Shown: positions 31,071 through 40,544 of the stretch, piece after piece
Numbering within the stretch: position 1 is the stretch's first letter
Layout of the letters: each line of letters opens with the position of its first letter
Source of the DNA: Chloroflexota bacterium
GTDB lineage: Bacteria > Chloroflexota > UBA11872
DNA: 64,000 nt
Assembly (NCBI GenBank): GCA_965207185.1
Contig: OZ242271.1
Coordinates: 1,102,904-1,166,903 of the forward strand
Direction of reading: 5' to 3'
Made by a program: the position numbers and the translations under genes
Notes under the pieces: model-generated
What the model saw: the letters and a program-made list of their open reading frames with translations, nothing else
Told to the model about the DNA's origin: nothing
The model's database searches: none

Positions 31071-33009
31071 CTCCCACCAGCGCGACGTCTACCTCTACGA
31101 CGTGCCCCTCGCCACGGCTCGCGAACGGCTCGCGAAGGCCCTGGCCGAACTCCCCGGCTGGCCGCCCCGCCGAACGCTGCGACTGCCCCTGAACCAGGCC
31201 CTCGGCCACATCACCGCCGCACCCGTCTGGGCGGCCCTTTCCAGCCCGCACTTCCCCGCCGCCGCCATGGACGGTGTGGCGGTTTGCGCCGCCAGCACGG
31301 TGGGCGCCGCGGAAACTTCACCGCGGCGACTGGAGCTCGACTCCGAAGCCATCTGGATCGACACCGGCGACGCCATGCCGCCGGACACCGACGCCGTGAT
31401 CATGATTGAAGACGTTCACGACCGCGGCGACGGCTCGATCGAGATCATCGCCGCCGCCGCACCCTGGCAGTACGTCCGGCCGATGGGCGAGGACATCGTG
31501 GCCTCGGAGCTGGTGCTGCCCCAGGGCCGCCAGCTTGAACCGCGCGATCTCGGCGCCCTGGCCGCCGCCGGTCACGCCGAGGTGGACGTGGTGGCGCCAC
31601 CCCGCGTGGCGGTGATCCCAACCGGCAGCGAACTCGTCCCCGTCGGCAGCAACCCCCGGCCCGGCGAACTGATCGAGTTCAACGGCCTCATGCTCGGGGC
31701 GCTCGCGGAGACCTGGGGGGCGGAGTCGCTGTGCGGCGACATCGTCGCCGACGACTTTCACGCCATCCGCGACGCCACCGAATCCGCCCTCGAATCCGCC
31801 GACATCGTCGTCATCAACGCGGGCTCCTCCGCCGGCCGCGAAGACTACAGTGCTCGCGTCATTGCCGACCTCGGCCGGGTGTTTGTCCATGGCGTGGCCG
31901 TTCGTCCAGGTCATCCCGTGGTCCTCGGCGTCGCCCGCGGCAAACCTGTGCTTGGAATACCCGGTTATCCGGTCTCCGCCGCCCTCACCTTCGAACTCTT
32001 CGTCCGCCCCCTGATCGAGGAATGCCTGGGCCGCTCGGCCCCGCCACGCCGAACGGTCAGGGCCGTCACCCCGCGCCAGCTCGTCTCCCATGCCGGCGAC
32101 GACGAGTTCATCCGCGTTCGCGTAGGACGCGTAGGCGACCGCATCGTCGCCGCCCCGCTGGAGCGAGCCGCCGGCGTCATCATGTCGCTGGTGCGGGCCG
32201 ACGGCCTGGTCACGGTCCCGCGCTTCTCCGAGGGCATCGCCGCCGGCGCCGAGGTCGAGGTTGAGCTCCTCGGCGAAGCCGAAGCCATCGAGCACACGGC
32301 CGTCGCCATCGGCAGTCACGACCCGGCCTTGGATCTGCTCGCCAGCGAACTATCCCGCCGCTCGCCGCCCATGCGCCTGGCCTCCACCAACGCCGGCAGC
32401 TACGGCGGACTGGTCGCGCTGCGCCGCGGCGAGGCCCACCTGGCCGGTTGCCACCTGCTGGACCCGGCCACCGGCGTCTACAACGAGACCGACGTGCGCC
32501 GCGTCCTCCCCGGTCGAGCAATCACCCTGATTCAGTTCGCCCAGCGCGAGCAGGGCCTGATCTTGCCGAAGGGCAACCCCAAGGCTTTACGCACGCTCCA
32601 CGACCTGACCCGCCCCGATGTGCGTTTTGTGAACCGGCAGCGCGGCGCGGGCACCCGCATGCTCCTGGACCACCTGCTGGCCGCCTTGGGCATCGATGCA
32701 TCGGCCATCGAGGGCTACGACCGCGAGCAGTACACCCACCTGGCCGTGGCCGCGGACGTGGATAGCGGAATGGCCGACGCCGCCCTGGGCATCCGCGCTG
32801 CCGCCCGCGCCCTGGGCACCGACTTCATTCCCATCGGCATGGAGCGCTACGACCTCGTCATCCCCAACGAGCACCTGGACTACCCGCCAATCGCCGCCCT
32901 GCTGGACATCCTGCGCGACCCGGCTTTTGCCCAGGACGTTCTCGCCATGGGCGGCTACGACACGACCCAGATGGGCGAGGCCGTGGCCGAATTCAGCGGA
33001 GACGACTGA
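31051..33009 (+). CDS. moeA: MoeA fused to C-terminal periplasmic-binding-protein (PBP) domain
   Basis: MoeA motifs ('AAMDG', 'PTGSE', 'GIPGYP'), then 'IGSHD...GSYGGL...HLAGCHL...FVNRQRGAGTR...ERYD'. Confidence 0.92.
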   Translation: MTSEPSSSHQRDVYLYDVPLATARERLAKALAELPGWPPRRTLRLPLNQALGHITAAPVWAALSSPHFPAAAMDGVAVCAASTVGAAETSPRRLELDSEAIWIDTGDAMPPDTDAVIMIEDVHDRGDGSIEIIAAAAPWQYVRPMGEDIVASELVLPQGRQLEPRDLGALAAAGHAEVDVVAPPRVAVIPTGSELVPVGSNPRPGELIEFNGLMLGALAETWGAESLCGDIVADDFHAIRDATESALESADIVVINAGSSAGREDYSARVIADLGRVFVHGVAVRPGHPVVLGVARGKPVLGIPGYPVSAALTFELFVRPLIEECLGRSAPPRRTVRAVTPRQLVSHAGDDEFIRVRVGRVGDRIVAAPLERAAGVIMSLVRADGLVTVPRFSEGIAAGAEVEVELLGEAEAIEHTAVAIGSHDPALDLLASELSRRSPPMRLASTNAGSYGGLVALRRGEAHLAGCHLLDPATGVYNETDVRRVLPGRAITLIQFAQREQGLILPKGNPKALRTLHDLTRPDVRFVNRQRGAGTRMLLDHLLAALGIDASAIEGYDREQYTHLAVAADVDSGMADAALGIRAAARALGTDFIPIGMERYDLVIPNEHLDYPPIAALLDILRDPAFAQDVLAMGGYDTTQMGEAVAEFSGDD

Positions 33010-33014
33010 GCCGG

Positions 33015-33458
33015 ATGGCAGTGACCGATCCGCCGTCGCCGCTGACCGCCGACCTTCCGTCGGCCACCGCCGAACGCGCCGCCAGCCGGCGCGGCCTGGG
33101 CCTGCTTGCGGTCACGGCCGCATTCGCCGCCCTCGTCTTCAGCATCATGCTGGCGGGCACGCGAGCGCTGCCTCAGCCCGCCCCGAGCACCACGACGACG
33201 CCTGTCTCGTCGCCCGTTCCTCAAGCCACGGGGACTGTCGCCATCAACACGCTCTCGGCGGACGACCTGGCCGACCGGCTACCGGGGATCGGCCCCGGCT
33301 ACGCCGCCCGCATCGTCCACGCCCGCACGTTCTTCGGGCCCCTGCAATCCGCCGCCGACCTGCGCGCGCTGGGCATTCCCAACGCCACCGTCGAACGCGT
33401 CCTGCCCCTCATCAGCTTTCGTGCGCGGGATCTTCCTGGGATCGGGTTGCGTGCATGA
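33015..33458 (+). CDS. comEA: ComEA-like helix-hairpin-helix DNA receptor
   Basis: TM, Pro/Thr linker, 'INT...DL...LPGIGP..AARI...GP....DL'. Located upstream of comEC. Confidence 0.82.
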   Translation: MAVTDPPSPLTADLPSATAERAASRRGLGLLAVTAAFAALVFSIMLAGTRALPQPAPSTTTTPVSSPVPQATGTVAINTLSADDLADRLPGIGPGYAARIVHARTFFGPLQSAADLRALGIPNATVERVLPLISFRARDLPGIGLRA

Positions 33459-33768
33459 CCAGGAGTGCCACCACCAGCAGCACGACCTCGATCACGATCG
33501 GCAGCAGCGGGCCGACCTCGCGAACCCATGCGATGACGCTGATCGTAATGGCGATGAAGAACAGCCAGAACACCCGGCGCAGGTTGCGCCGCAGCGTCGG
33601 CGTCAGTCGGCGCCCTCGCAGCGCCAGCAGCGCCATCGTGCCAACGAGGAACCCCTCCACGAGGATTGGCGCCGGTCCCGACTGTAGCGACCACACGAAG
33701 ACGATGAGCGTGATGAAGAAGATCGAAAAGATGGCGGCAAAGAATGCGCGTTGGCGGCGGCGGTCCAT
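33412..33768 (-). CDS. Hypothetical 4-TM membrane protein
   Basis: Four clear hydrophobic segments, filling the gap between comEA and comEC. Confidence 0.65.
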   Translation of the reverse strand: MDRRRQRAFFAAIFSIFFITLIVFVWSLQSGPAPILVEGFLVGTMALLALRGRRLTPTLRRNLRRVFWLFFIAITISVIAWVREVGPLLPIVIEVVLLVVALLVMHATRSQEDPAHES

Positions 33769-33816
33769 GGGTTCGCCTGGAGCACTGGCTGACGCGGCAA
33801 ATCATACGGGGCGGGG

Positions 33817-36033
33817 CTGGGGCCAGGCGCCCTGATAGCCGGCGCCACCGGCGCGTTTCTGTTTGGCGTCGCCGCAACCGCCTGGTGGGGCGTGGCTCCG
33901 GCCTGGCTCACAGCCGTGCTGTCCGTGGCGCTGCTCGCGGCCGGCGCAGCCCGCCCAAAACGCCTGGCCGTCCTGCTGATCCCGGCCGCCCTGGTCTTGG
34001 GCCTTGCGCGCACCACTCACCACCAGCAGACCCAGGCGCCCCTGGTGCAAGCGCCGCCGGGCGCCGTACTCCAGCTCGAAGGCGAGGTCGTCGATGTGCA
34101 CCCCGGCGCGCGCCGCACATTGAAGGTCGAGAGAGCGGGTCCAGCCGGAGCGGAGCCGACCCCGGCCGCCGGCCTCGTGGAGTTCTTCGCCCCCGGCGGC
34201 GCGGCCCCGGCCGGCGCCCGAATTGCCGTGATCGGAGCGTTCGAACCAGCCCGGCCACGAGATTCGCCGCAGCTTCGAAAAACCGCCGAGACCTTCGCCG
34301 GACGCATCCAAACCCAACAGGTCCGCATCCTCTCGCCGCCGCCCGACGCCAAACCACCCTGGCTCACCCGCCTGCGTGATCACATCGACCGCAGCGTCCG
34401 CGGCGTCCTGCCGGAGCCGCACGGAGCCCTGTTGTCAGCCATCCTGGTTGGCAAACGCTCCAGCCTGCCCGGCGATCTGCGCGACGACTTCCTGGCGTCC
34501 GGCCTGATCCACGTCGTCGCCATCTCCGGCTTCAATATCACCCTGGTCGCCCTGGCCGTGCGCCGGATGGCCGGCTGGCTGATCGGCCGCTACAGCGTCC
34601 TGCTGGCCATGCTCGCCCTGCCCCTCTACGCCGCCCTGGCGGGCGGCGAACCCAGCGTCGTGCGAGCCACCCTGATGGGCGAACTGATCCTCTTCGCCTG
34701 GCTGCTCGGGCGCGATACCGACGCACTCACCGCCCTGGCAGTGGCCGCACTGGCGATAGTTCTCGTCGACCCCTCCGCCCTGGCCGACGTCGGCTTCCAG
34801 CTGTCATTCGCTGGGACGCTGGGTTTGGTCGTCATCGCACCGGGACTTTCCGAATGGCTCACCGGTCGCGCCCGCCTGCCGCGCCTGGCTGCCGAGCCCC
34901 TGGCGGTCACCGCCACCGCCAGCCTGATGGTCACGCCGATTATCGCCCACACCTTCGAGCGCCTGCAGCTGGCCGCCATCCCCGCCAACCTGCTGGCCCT
35001 GGCCGCGCCGGTCTGGATCATGGTCACGGGCGCGCCCGTGGCCGTGTGGGCGGCCGCCGGTTGGCCGTTTGGCGACGTGTTTGCCTGGTCCGCCTGGGTT
35101 CCGTTGGAATACTTGATTCAGGCCGCCCGCCTGGCCGCTGAATTGCCGGGCGCCTCCGTCCCGATCCCGGGCTTCAGCCTCGGACACGCCGCCGCCGTCT
35201 ACGCGGCTATCGGCCTGCTGATCGCGCTGGGCGGCAGGCAGCCCTGGCGAATCCCACAGGTCCGAACTCGCCGCGTCAGATCCCTCGCTGTCGGACTGGG
35301 CGTTGCGGCGTTCGCACTCCCGCCACTGCTGGCCGTCGTCGTCGCACCGCGCCTGTTCCAGGATTCGGCGACCCGCATCACCCTCGACTTCGCCGGCGAC
35401 ACCCCCACGATCTACGCGCGGAAAGCCGAAACAAGCCTCGTCGTCGCGGGCGATCGTCTGCGCCCGTACGTGCTCGACGCCGCTCTGCCCGCCTGGGACC
35501 CGACGATTGACCTGCTGGCCATGCCTCGCGGCGACGGCCGCGCCAGCGCCACGGCCCTGGGCCTTCTGACGGAGCGGAGCGTGGACTTCGCAGCGGCCCC
35601 ACGCTTTCACGGTCTCGGCGCGGCCCTTGTCTCTCGCGAAGGCGCCCGCCGTGCGCCGGTTGAGGCCACGGGCACGGCGTCCAGCGACGGCCTGACCGTA
35701 CGGTTTCTGGACGGCGAGTCCGGTCCGTGGACCCGCCTTGCAGCCCCGGACCTCACAGCCTTGGTTGCGCCTCCTGGTGCGGGCCATCCACCAGCCGGTG
35801 CCTTTGCCGACGTGCTGGTGCTCACTCGCGGCAGCACGCTCGGTCCCTCCGACTTCGATGCCCTGGGAGCGGCCGGCATCCGCCTTCTGCTGGTCCCCCA
35901 CCCAACCAGCGCAAAGGTTGCGGCCGTCGCGATTGATCCCAGCGGACAACCGGGAACTCGCGAGGTGGTCGAGGGCTCGGTCGTGTCGATTCGAGCGAAT
36001 CTCGGCGACCTGGAGGTCCTGCAGCCAGGCTGA
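33817..36033 (+). CDS. comEC: ComEC/Rec2 competence channel (start uncertain: CTG 33817 or GTG 33892)
   Basis: 'SGLIHVVAISGFN', 'PSVVRA', 'DVGFQLSF', 'PANLLA'. The C-terminal MBL-like domain lacks HxHxDH. Confidence 0.9.
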   Translation: MGPGALIAGATGAFLFGVAATAWWGVAPAWLTAVLSVALLAAGAARPKRLAVLLIPAALVLGLARTTHHQQTQAPLVQAPPGAVLQLEGEVVDVHPGARRTLKVERAGPAGAEPTPAAGLVEFFAPGGAAPAGARIAVIGAFEPARPRDSPQLRKTAETFAGRIQTQQVRILSPPPDAKPPWLTRLRDHIDRSVRGVLPEPHGALLSAILVGKRSSLPGDLRDDFLASGLIHVVAISGFNITLVALAVRRMAGWLIGRYSVLLAMLALPLYAALAGGEPSVVRATLMGELILFAWLLGRDTDALTALAVAALAIVLVDPSALADVGFQLSFAGTLGLVVIAPGLSEWLTGRARLPRLAAEPLAVTATASLMVTPIIAHTFERLQLAAIPANLLALAAPVWIMVTGAPVAVWAAAGWPFGDVFAWSAWVPLEYLIQAARLAAELPGASVPIPGFSLGHAAAVYAAIGLLIALGGRQPWRIPQVRTRRVRSLAVGLGVAAFALPPLLAVVVAPRLFQDSATRITLDFAGDTPTIYARKAETSLVVAGDRLRPYVLDAALPAWDPTIDLLAMPRGDGRASATALGLLTERSVDFAAAPRFHGLGAALVSREGARRAPVEATGTASSDGLTVRFLDGESGPWTRLAAPDLTALVAPPGAGHPPAGAFADVLVLTRGSTLGPSDFDALGAAGIRLLLVPHPTSAKVAAVAIDPSGQPGTREVVEGSVVSIRANLGDLEVLQPG

Positions 36034-36087
36034 GACATCCTACGGGGTACGATCCTTCGCGATTCGGCCACGGGACGGGACGCACCA

Positions 36088-36885
36088 GTGCATACAGCGG
36101 TTGTCGGCGGCGGAGCGATGGGCGCGGCGATCGTGCGCGGCCTGATCGCGCGTGGCGGGCTCGAGCCGGCCGATCTGACCGTGGCGGAAGTTCTCGCTGA
36201 ACGCCGCTCAGTGCTCGCCGACGACTACGGCGTGACGGTCACCGGCAGCGCGGACGACGCCATTTCGGGCGCAAGCCTCGTCATCCTGGCCGTCAAACCC
36301 CAGAACTTTCAGGACCTCGCCCCCGCGCTCCGTCCAGCCCTCGCCGACGTGGCCCTCGTCATCTCGATCATGGCTGGCGTCACGCTCGAGACCCTGCGCA
36401 CCGGCCTGGGGACCGACCGTGTGGTGCGCGTGATGCCCAACATCGCGGCTCAGGTCGGGCGCGGCGCATCCGTCTGGACCGCCGACCGTGGCGTCGCCGA
36501 CGCCGACCGCAACCGCACCCGCGCGGTGCTGGGGGCCCTGGGGATGGAAGTCGAAATCCAGGACGAGTCGCTGATCGACGTCGCCACCGCCGTCCACGGC
36601 AGCGGTCCCGCCTACGTTTATTTGCTGGCCGAGGCCTGGATCGATGCCGCCGAAGCACAGGGGCTCGACCGCGAGATGGCCACGCAGCTGGTTCGCGAGA
36701 CGATTGCCGGATCGGCGGCGCTCTGGCAGGCCACCGGCAGCCAGCCCGCGGCCCTGCGCCAGGCCGTCACCTCCCCCGGCGGCACCACCGCCGCCGCCCT
36801 CGCGGCCCTCGACGATTTCGACTTCCCGGCCGCCATGCGCGCCGCCATCGTCGCCGCAACCCGACGGGCCAAAGAACTGGCCTAG
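36088..36885 (+). CDS. proC: Pyrroline-5-carboxylate reductase
   Basis: 'GGGAMG', 'LAVKPQ', 'RVMPN', 'GSGPAY', 'VTSPGGTT'. Confidence 0.96.
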   Translation: MHTAVVGGGAMGAAIVRGLIARGGLEPADLTVAEVLAERRSVLADDYGVTVTGSADDAISGASLVILAVKPQNFQDLAPALRPALADVALVISIMAGVTLETLRTGLGTDRVVRVMPNIAAQVGRGASVWTADRGVADADRNRTRAVLGALGMEVEIQDESLIDVATAVHGSGPAYVYLLAEAWIDAAEAQGLDREMATQLVRETIAGSAALWQATGSQPAALRQAVTSPGGTTAAALAALDDFDFPAAMRAAIVAATRRAKELA

Positions 36886-36942
36886 GCACAAAGCCGCGCG
36901 CCTCTGCTAGCGTGCGCTCGAACTGATCCGGAGACCCTGCCC

Positions 36943-37629
36943 ATGCCCGCCACGCTCAGCGACGCTCAACTCGAAGAACTCAAGACCTTCGACTCCGCCA
37001 CCATCGCCAACGCCATTGAGCCCTTCAAGGTTCGCGACCAGACGTTGGGCTACGTGGGCAGCAACGTCCGCGCCCTATTTCCCAACAAGCGGGAGCCAAT
37101 GGTCGGCTACGCCGTCACCGCCAAGGGCGACAGCACCACCTACGCGCGTCGGCGCGACCCCGCCCTGCAGTTCGAACTGTGGGAGGCCCTCCAGCAGTCG
37201 CCCAATCCCTCCGTCGTCGTCATCCAGGACGCCGGCAACAACCCGTCCAAGTCCTGCCATTGCGGCGACGTGATGGGCACGATGATCCGGACGCTCGGCG
37301 GAATCGGTCTGGTAACCGATGGCGGCGTGCGCGACCTGCCGGAAGTCGAGGACCTCGGCCTCCACTACTTCGCGCGCGGCCCCGTGGTTGCGCACGGCAC
37401 AGCGGTGATATTCGATGCCGGCGAACCGGTGGTCATCGACGGCGTGCCCATCCAAACCGGCGACCTGCTGCACGGCGACGTGAACGGGCTGGTGATGATT
37501 CCGGCTGAAATCGCCGGCGAGGTGGCCGACGCCGCCCGCGAGGTCATCGCCGATGAAACCCGACGCAAGGAGTTCGCGGCCTCGCCCGACTTCACGCTCG
37601 AGGGTTATCGCAAACTGCTCGGCTTGTAG
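36943..37629 (+). CDS. RraA family protein (HMG/CHA aldolase-like)
   Basis: 'MVGYAVT', 'GDVM', 'TDGGVRD', 'GDLLHGDVNG'. Confidence 0.85.
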   Translation: MPATLSDAQLEELKTFDSATIANAIEPFKVRDQTLGYVGSNVRALFPNKREPMVGYAVTAKGDSTTYARRRDPALQFELWEALQQSPNPSVVVIQDAGNNPSKSCHCGDVMGTMIRTLGGIGLVTDGGVRDLPEVEDLGLHYFARGPVVAHGTAVIFDAGEPVVIDGVPIQTGDLLHGDVNGLVMIPAEIAGEVADAAREVIADETRRKEFAASPDFTLEGYRKLLGL

Positions 37630-37714
37630 CGCCGCGGCAAACCCGCCGTGGCGCCTGCTGAGAGCCTTCCGGCACGGGCGCTGGCGGAGCCGTGGGCTCT
37701 GCCCGGGCGTTAGC

Positions 37715-38860
37715 ATGCGGGTTGCCGTGGACGCCGTGGCGGCGGGCACCGGATTGCTGCCCGGCGCCGGACCGCTGCGCCACACCACCGTCAACCTCGT
37801 CGCCGCGCTGGCCGACCTGGCGCCTCGCTCGACCTGGCACGTCTATTGCCCCGCGTTCGCCGTCCTCCACGAGTTGACTGGGCGCCCAAATGTGCGCGTC
37901 CACTCCGTTCGAGCCGCCGCCCGATCACGACCGCTCCGCATCCTCTATCAGCACACCGGTTACGCGTACGCGCTCCGTCGAATTCGCCCGAACGTCACCC
38001 TCCATACCGTCAACGTCGCACCGACCTTCGGTACCAGACCTCGTGTCGTCATGCTGCGGTCCTTGCAGTGCTTCACCCACCCGCGCCAGTTCGGCCTGCT
38101 GCGCCGCCGCTACTTGCAATTCACGCTGCGCCGGTCGCTCCGCGCCGCCGATCGGGTAGTCGCGGGATCCTCGGCGGCGGGAAACGATGCGGTTCGGTTG
38201 CTGGGACTGGATCCGGCCCGTATTCGCGTCGTTCCCCATGGCCTGGCCCCGCATATCGCTAGCGCGCTCGACAGGCCGCCCGCTGCTCGCCAAACCCAGC
38301 GCCCCTACCTATTGGCCGTGTCCACCCTCTACGGACACAAGAACTATCCGCGCCTACTCCAGGCGTTCGCGTCGCTGCGCCGGCGCAACGTCATCGCTCA
38401 CGACCTTCGAATCGTTGGCGCCGACGCCGAGCTCACCGCCGCCGATTTGCGGCGCATGGCCGACGAATTGGGCGTCGGCGAGGCGGTGTCTCTCCTGGGA
38501 CCGGTCCCGCACGACCGTATCGCCCACCACTACCAGCGGGCCGATGCCTTGGTCTACGTCTCCCTGGCCGAGACCTTCGGCCATCCGCCCCTGGAAGCCA
38601 TGGCCTACGGCTGCCCCGTAATCGCCTCCAACGCCACCTCGCTGCCTGAAGTCACCGGCGGCGCGGCCGAGCTTGTCGACCCAACCGACGTGCGAGCCAT
38701 CGCCTCAGCCATCGAACGCGTCGTTACCCAGCCGCGGCGCCGTGCCGAGCTTGTAGCTCGCGGAATAAAGCGCGCCCGCGAGTTCACCTGGCCCCGCGCC
38801 GCCGAACGCCTGCTGGCCGTCCTGCACGAGGTCGCCGAGTCGCCATCAGCCAGTCGCTAG
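37715..38860 (+). CDS. Glycosyltransferase family 4
   Basis: 'HKNY', 'SLAETFGHPPLEAMAYGCPVIAS', 'FTW'. Confidence 0.9.
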   Translation: MRVAVDAVAAGTGLLPGAGPLRHTTVNLVAALADLAPRSTWHVYCPAFAVLHELTGRPNVRVHSVRAAARSRPLRILYQHTGYAYALRRIRPNVTLHTVNVAPTFGTRPRVVMLRSLQCFTHPRQFGLLRRRYLQFTLRRSLRAADRVVAGSSAAGNDAVRLLGLDPARIRVVPHGLAPHIASALDRPPAARQTQRPYLLAVSTLYGHKNYPRLLQAFASLRRRNVIAHDLRIVGADAELTAADLRRMADELGVGEAVSLLGPVPHDRIAHHYQRADALVYVSLAETFGHPPLEAMAYGCPVIASNATSLPEVTGGAAELVDPTDVRAIASAIERVVTQPRRRAELVARGIKRAREFTWPRAAERLLAVLHEVAESPSASR

Positions 38861-38865
38861 CCGGC

Positions 38866-39687
38866 TCAGTAGCCTCGCCGCTCTAACGCCGCGGCCATCC
38901 GCATCGCTGCTTCCACCCGGTTCGGCCCCTTCTTGTTGTAGAAGATCACGAAGCTGGCGGTCTCGGGCCCATGTCGGGCCGTCACCAGGTCAGTCAGTTC
39001 GCCAATCTCTGCGTCCGAGTAAACGTGCTCCGCCCGCAGCGCCCGACGCTCGCGGGCCGAGACCTCACCCGCGCTATCACGCCCCATGAAGCGGTAGTAG
39101 GCCAGCGAGGGCGACGTCAGTTCGTCCACGGGCTCAGGCAACCCGGCGGCCGCCGCGCAGGGCTCGTCGGCGATCACCGCGGCCAGACCGAGTGCCTGCA
39201 GCCGCTCCAGCGTCTCCTCGCGCACCTCGCCCAGCCAGGCCGGGTGTCGGAATTCAATGGCGACCGGATCGTCACCCAGGCCGTCGCGCAGCAAGCCTAG
39301 GTGCTCGTAGGTCTCCAGCTTCGGTCGCACGTTCGCACCGAACTGCACCAGGAAACCCCCAAACTTCCCGGCCTCTCGCAGCGGCTGCACGCCTTTGTAC
39401 TGATTCTTGATGTACTCGGCCGCCAACTCCTGGTCGCGCGGTCGGTTCGCCACCGCCCGGTGCGCCTTCACGACAAACTGGAATCCATCCGGCGTCTGCT
39501 CCGCCCACTGCGCGTACACCGACGGATCAAGCCGCCGGTAGAAACTGGCATTGACCTCAACAACGCTCAACCGCGACGCGTAGTAGGCCAACCGCTCCGC
39601 CGGCTTCGTCCCGCGTGGATAGAACCCCGTGTGGTCCGACCAATTGGCCGTGCCGACATGGATCTGGCGGCCCTGACCCAAGTGCAT
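38866..39687 (-). CDS. DUF72 family protein
   Basis: 'VGTANW', 'VEVNASFY', 'F.FVVKAH', 'AIEFRHPAW', 'YYRF.GR'. Confidence 0.88.
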   Translation of the reverse strand: MHLGQGRQIHVGTANWSDHTGFYPRGTKPAERLAYYASRLSVVEVNASFYRRLDPSVYAQWAEQTPDGFQFVVKAHRAVANRPRDQELAAEYIKNQYKGVQPLREAGKFGGFLVQFGANVRPKLETYEHLGLLRDGLGDDPVAIEFRHPAWLGEVREETLERLQALGLAAVIADEPCAAAAGLPEPVDELTSPSLAYYRFMGRDSAGEVSARERRALRAEHVYSDAEIGELTDLVTARHGPETASFVIFYNKKGPNRVEAAMRMAAALERRGY

Positions 39688-39758
39688 CCCGTTCCTAGTG
39701 CTCCCAGAGACCCTTGTTGACCTCGCAGAGTTCCGGCATCGCCCCGGAAGCAGTAGTC

Positions 39759-40544
39759 CTAGTAGCCGCCACTCACGAGATCGCTTACGTGGCTGCCTAT
39801 AGACCGCCGGGCCGACTCGAGATTCGAATACTGCTTATCAGCGACATCTGAAAAACGGGCCAGTACCCTTCTGTTGATTCTCGTCTGATCCTCAAATATC
39901 GTTACCTGCCAGAATTTCTCTTGCCATTCTCGCCATCGATAGAGGGTTATGGTTGCATCACGACACTTATCATCAGAGGAGATCGCGAAGAATACGACTG
40001 GCCGGTGAGCCGATCCATTCAGTCTGGCATCGACGGGATAGCTTTCATCTGGATCATGTATTGGATGCGAATAGCCGAACTCGATCTCTTCACCAAGGGC
40101 TGCCTCTTCAAGCGTTGTGCGAAAGTCTTCCATGAAAGTAGATCTGACTCGCTCCCTTCGTAGAAAAGACACATCGTTGATTTGAGTAATCGCCTGCAGG
40201 TACGTAAAGAGTGTGTCGCCGAATTTGCCAGGCCTGATATCAATCTCCAGCGCGCCATCGCGATTTGACAGACCTAGCCTGTCGACGACCGAATCAATGA
40301 TCTGACCCCTATTGCCTCTGCGAGGATCTTCGATCTCGTATGACAGATGCATCAACGTGTGTCCCTCATCAGTTAGGCGCCACCGGCTTCCATTTCCTCG
40401 CAGGACTACGACATAATGGTCTCCATCAGCGAAAGTCATCGGCACATGAACCACATATCTGTCCAGTCCAGAGGCCTCAACTTCAACGGCTGAAGCAATT
40501 GACTTTCCGAATTCCTCTGCGATGGCGTCAATATGAGTCGTCAT
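39759..40544 (-). CDS. DUF1828-domain protein with possible C-terminal restriction-endonuclease-like domain
   Basis: 'VHVPMTFADGD...WRLTDEGHTL' matches DUF1828. Visibly lower GC than its flanks. Confidence 0.72.
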   Translation of the reverse strand: MTTHIDAIAEEFGKSIASAVEVEASGLDRYVVHVPMTFADGDHYVVVLRGNGSRWRLTDEGHTLMHLSYEIEDPRRGNRGQIIDSVVDRLGLSNRDGALEIDIRPGKFGDTLFTYLQAITQINDVSFLRRERVRSTFMEDFRTTLEEAALGEEIEFGYSHPIHDPDESYPVDARLNGSAHRPVVFFAISSDDKCRDATITLYRWREWQEKFWQVTIFEDQTRINRRVLARFSDVADKQYSNLESARRSIGSHVSDLVSGGY

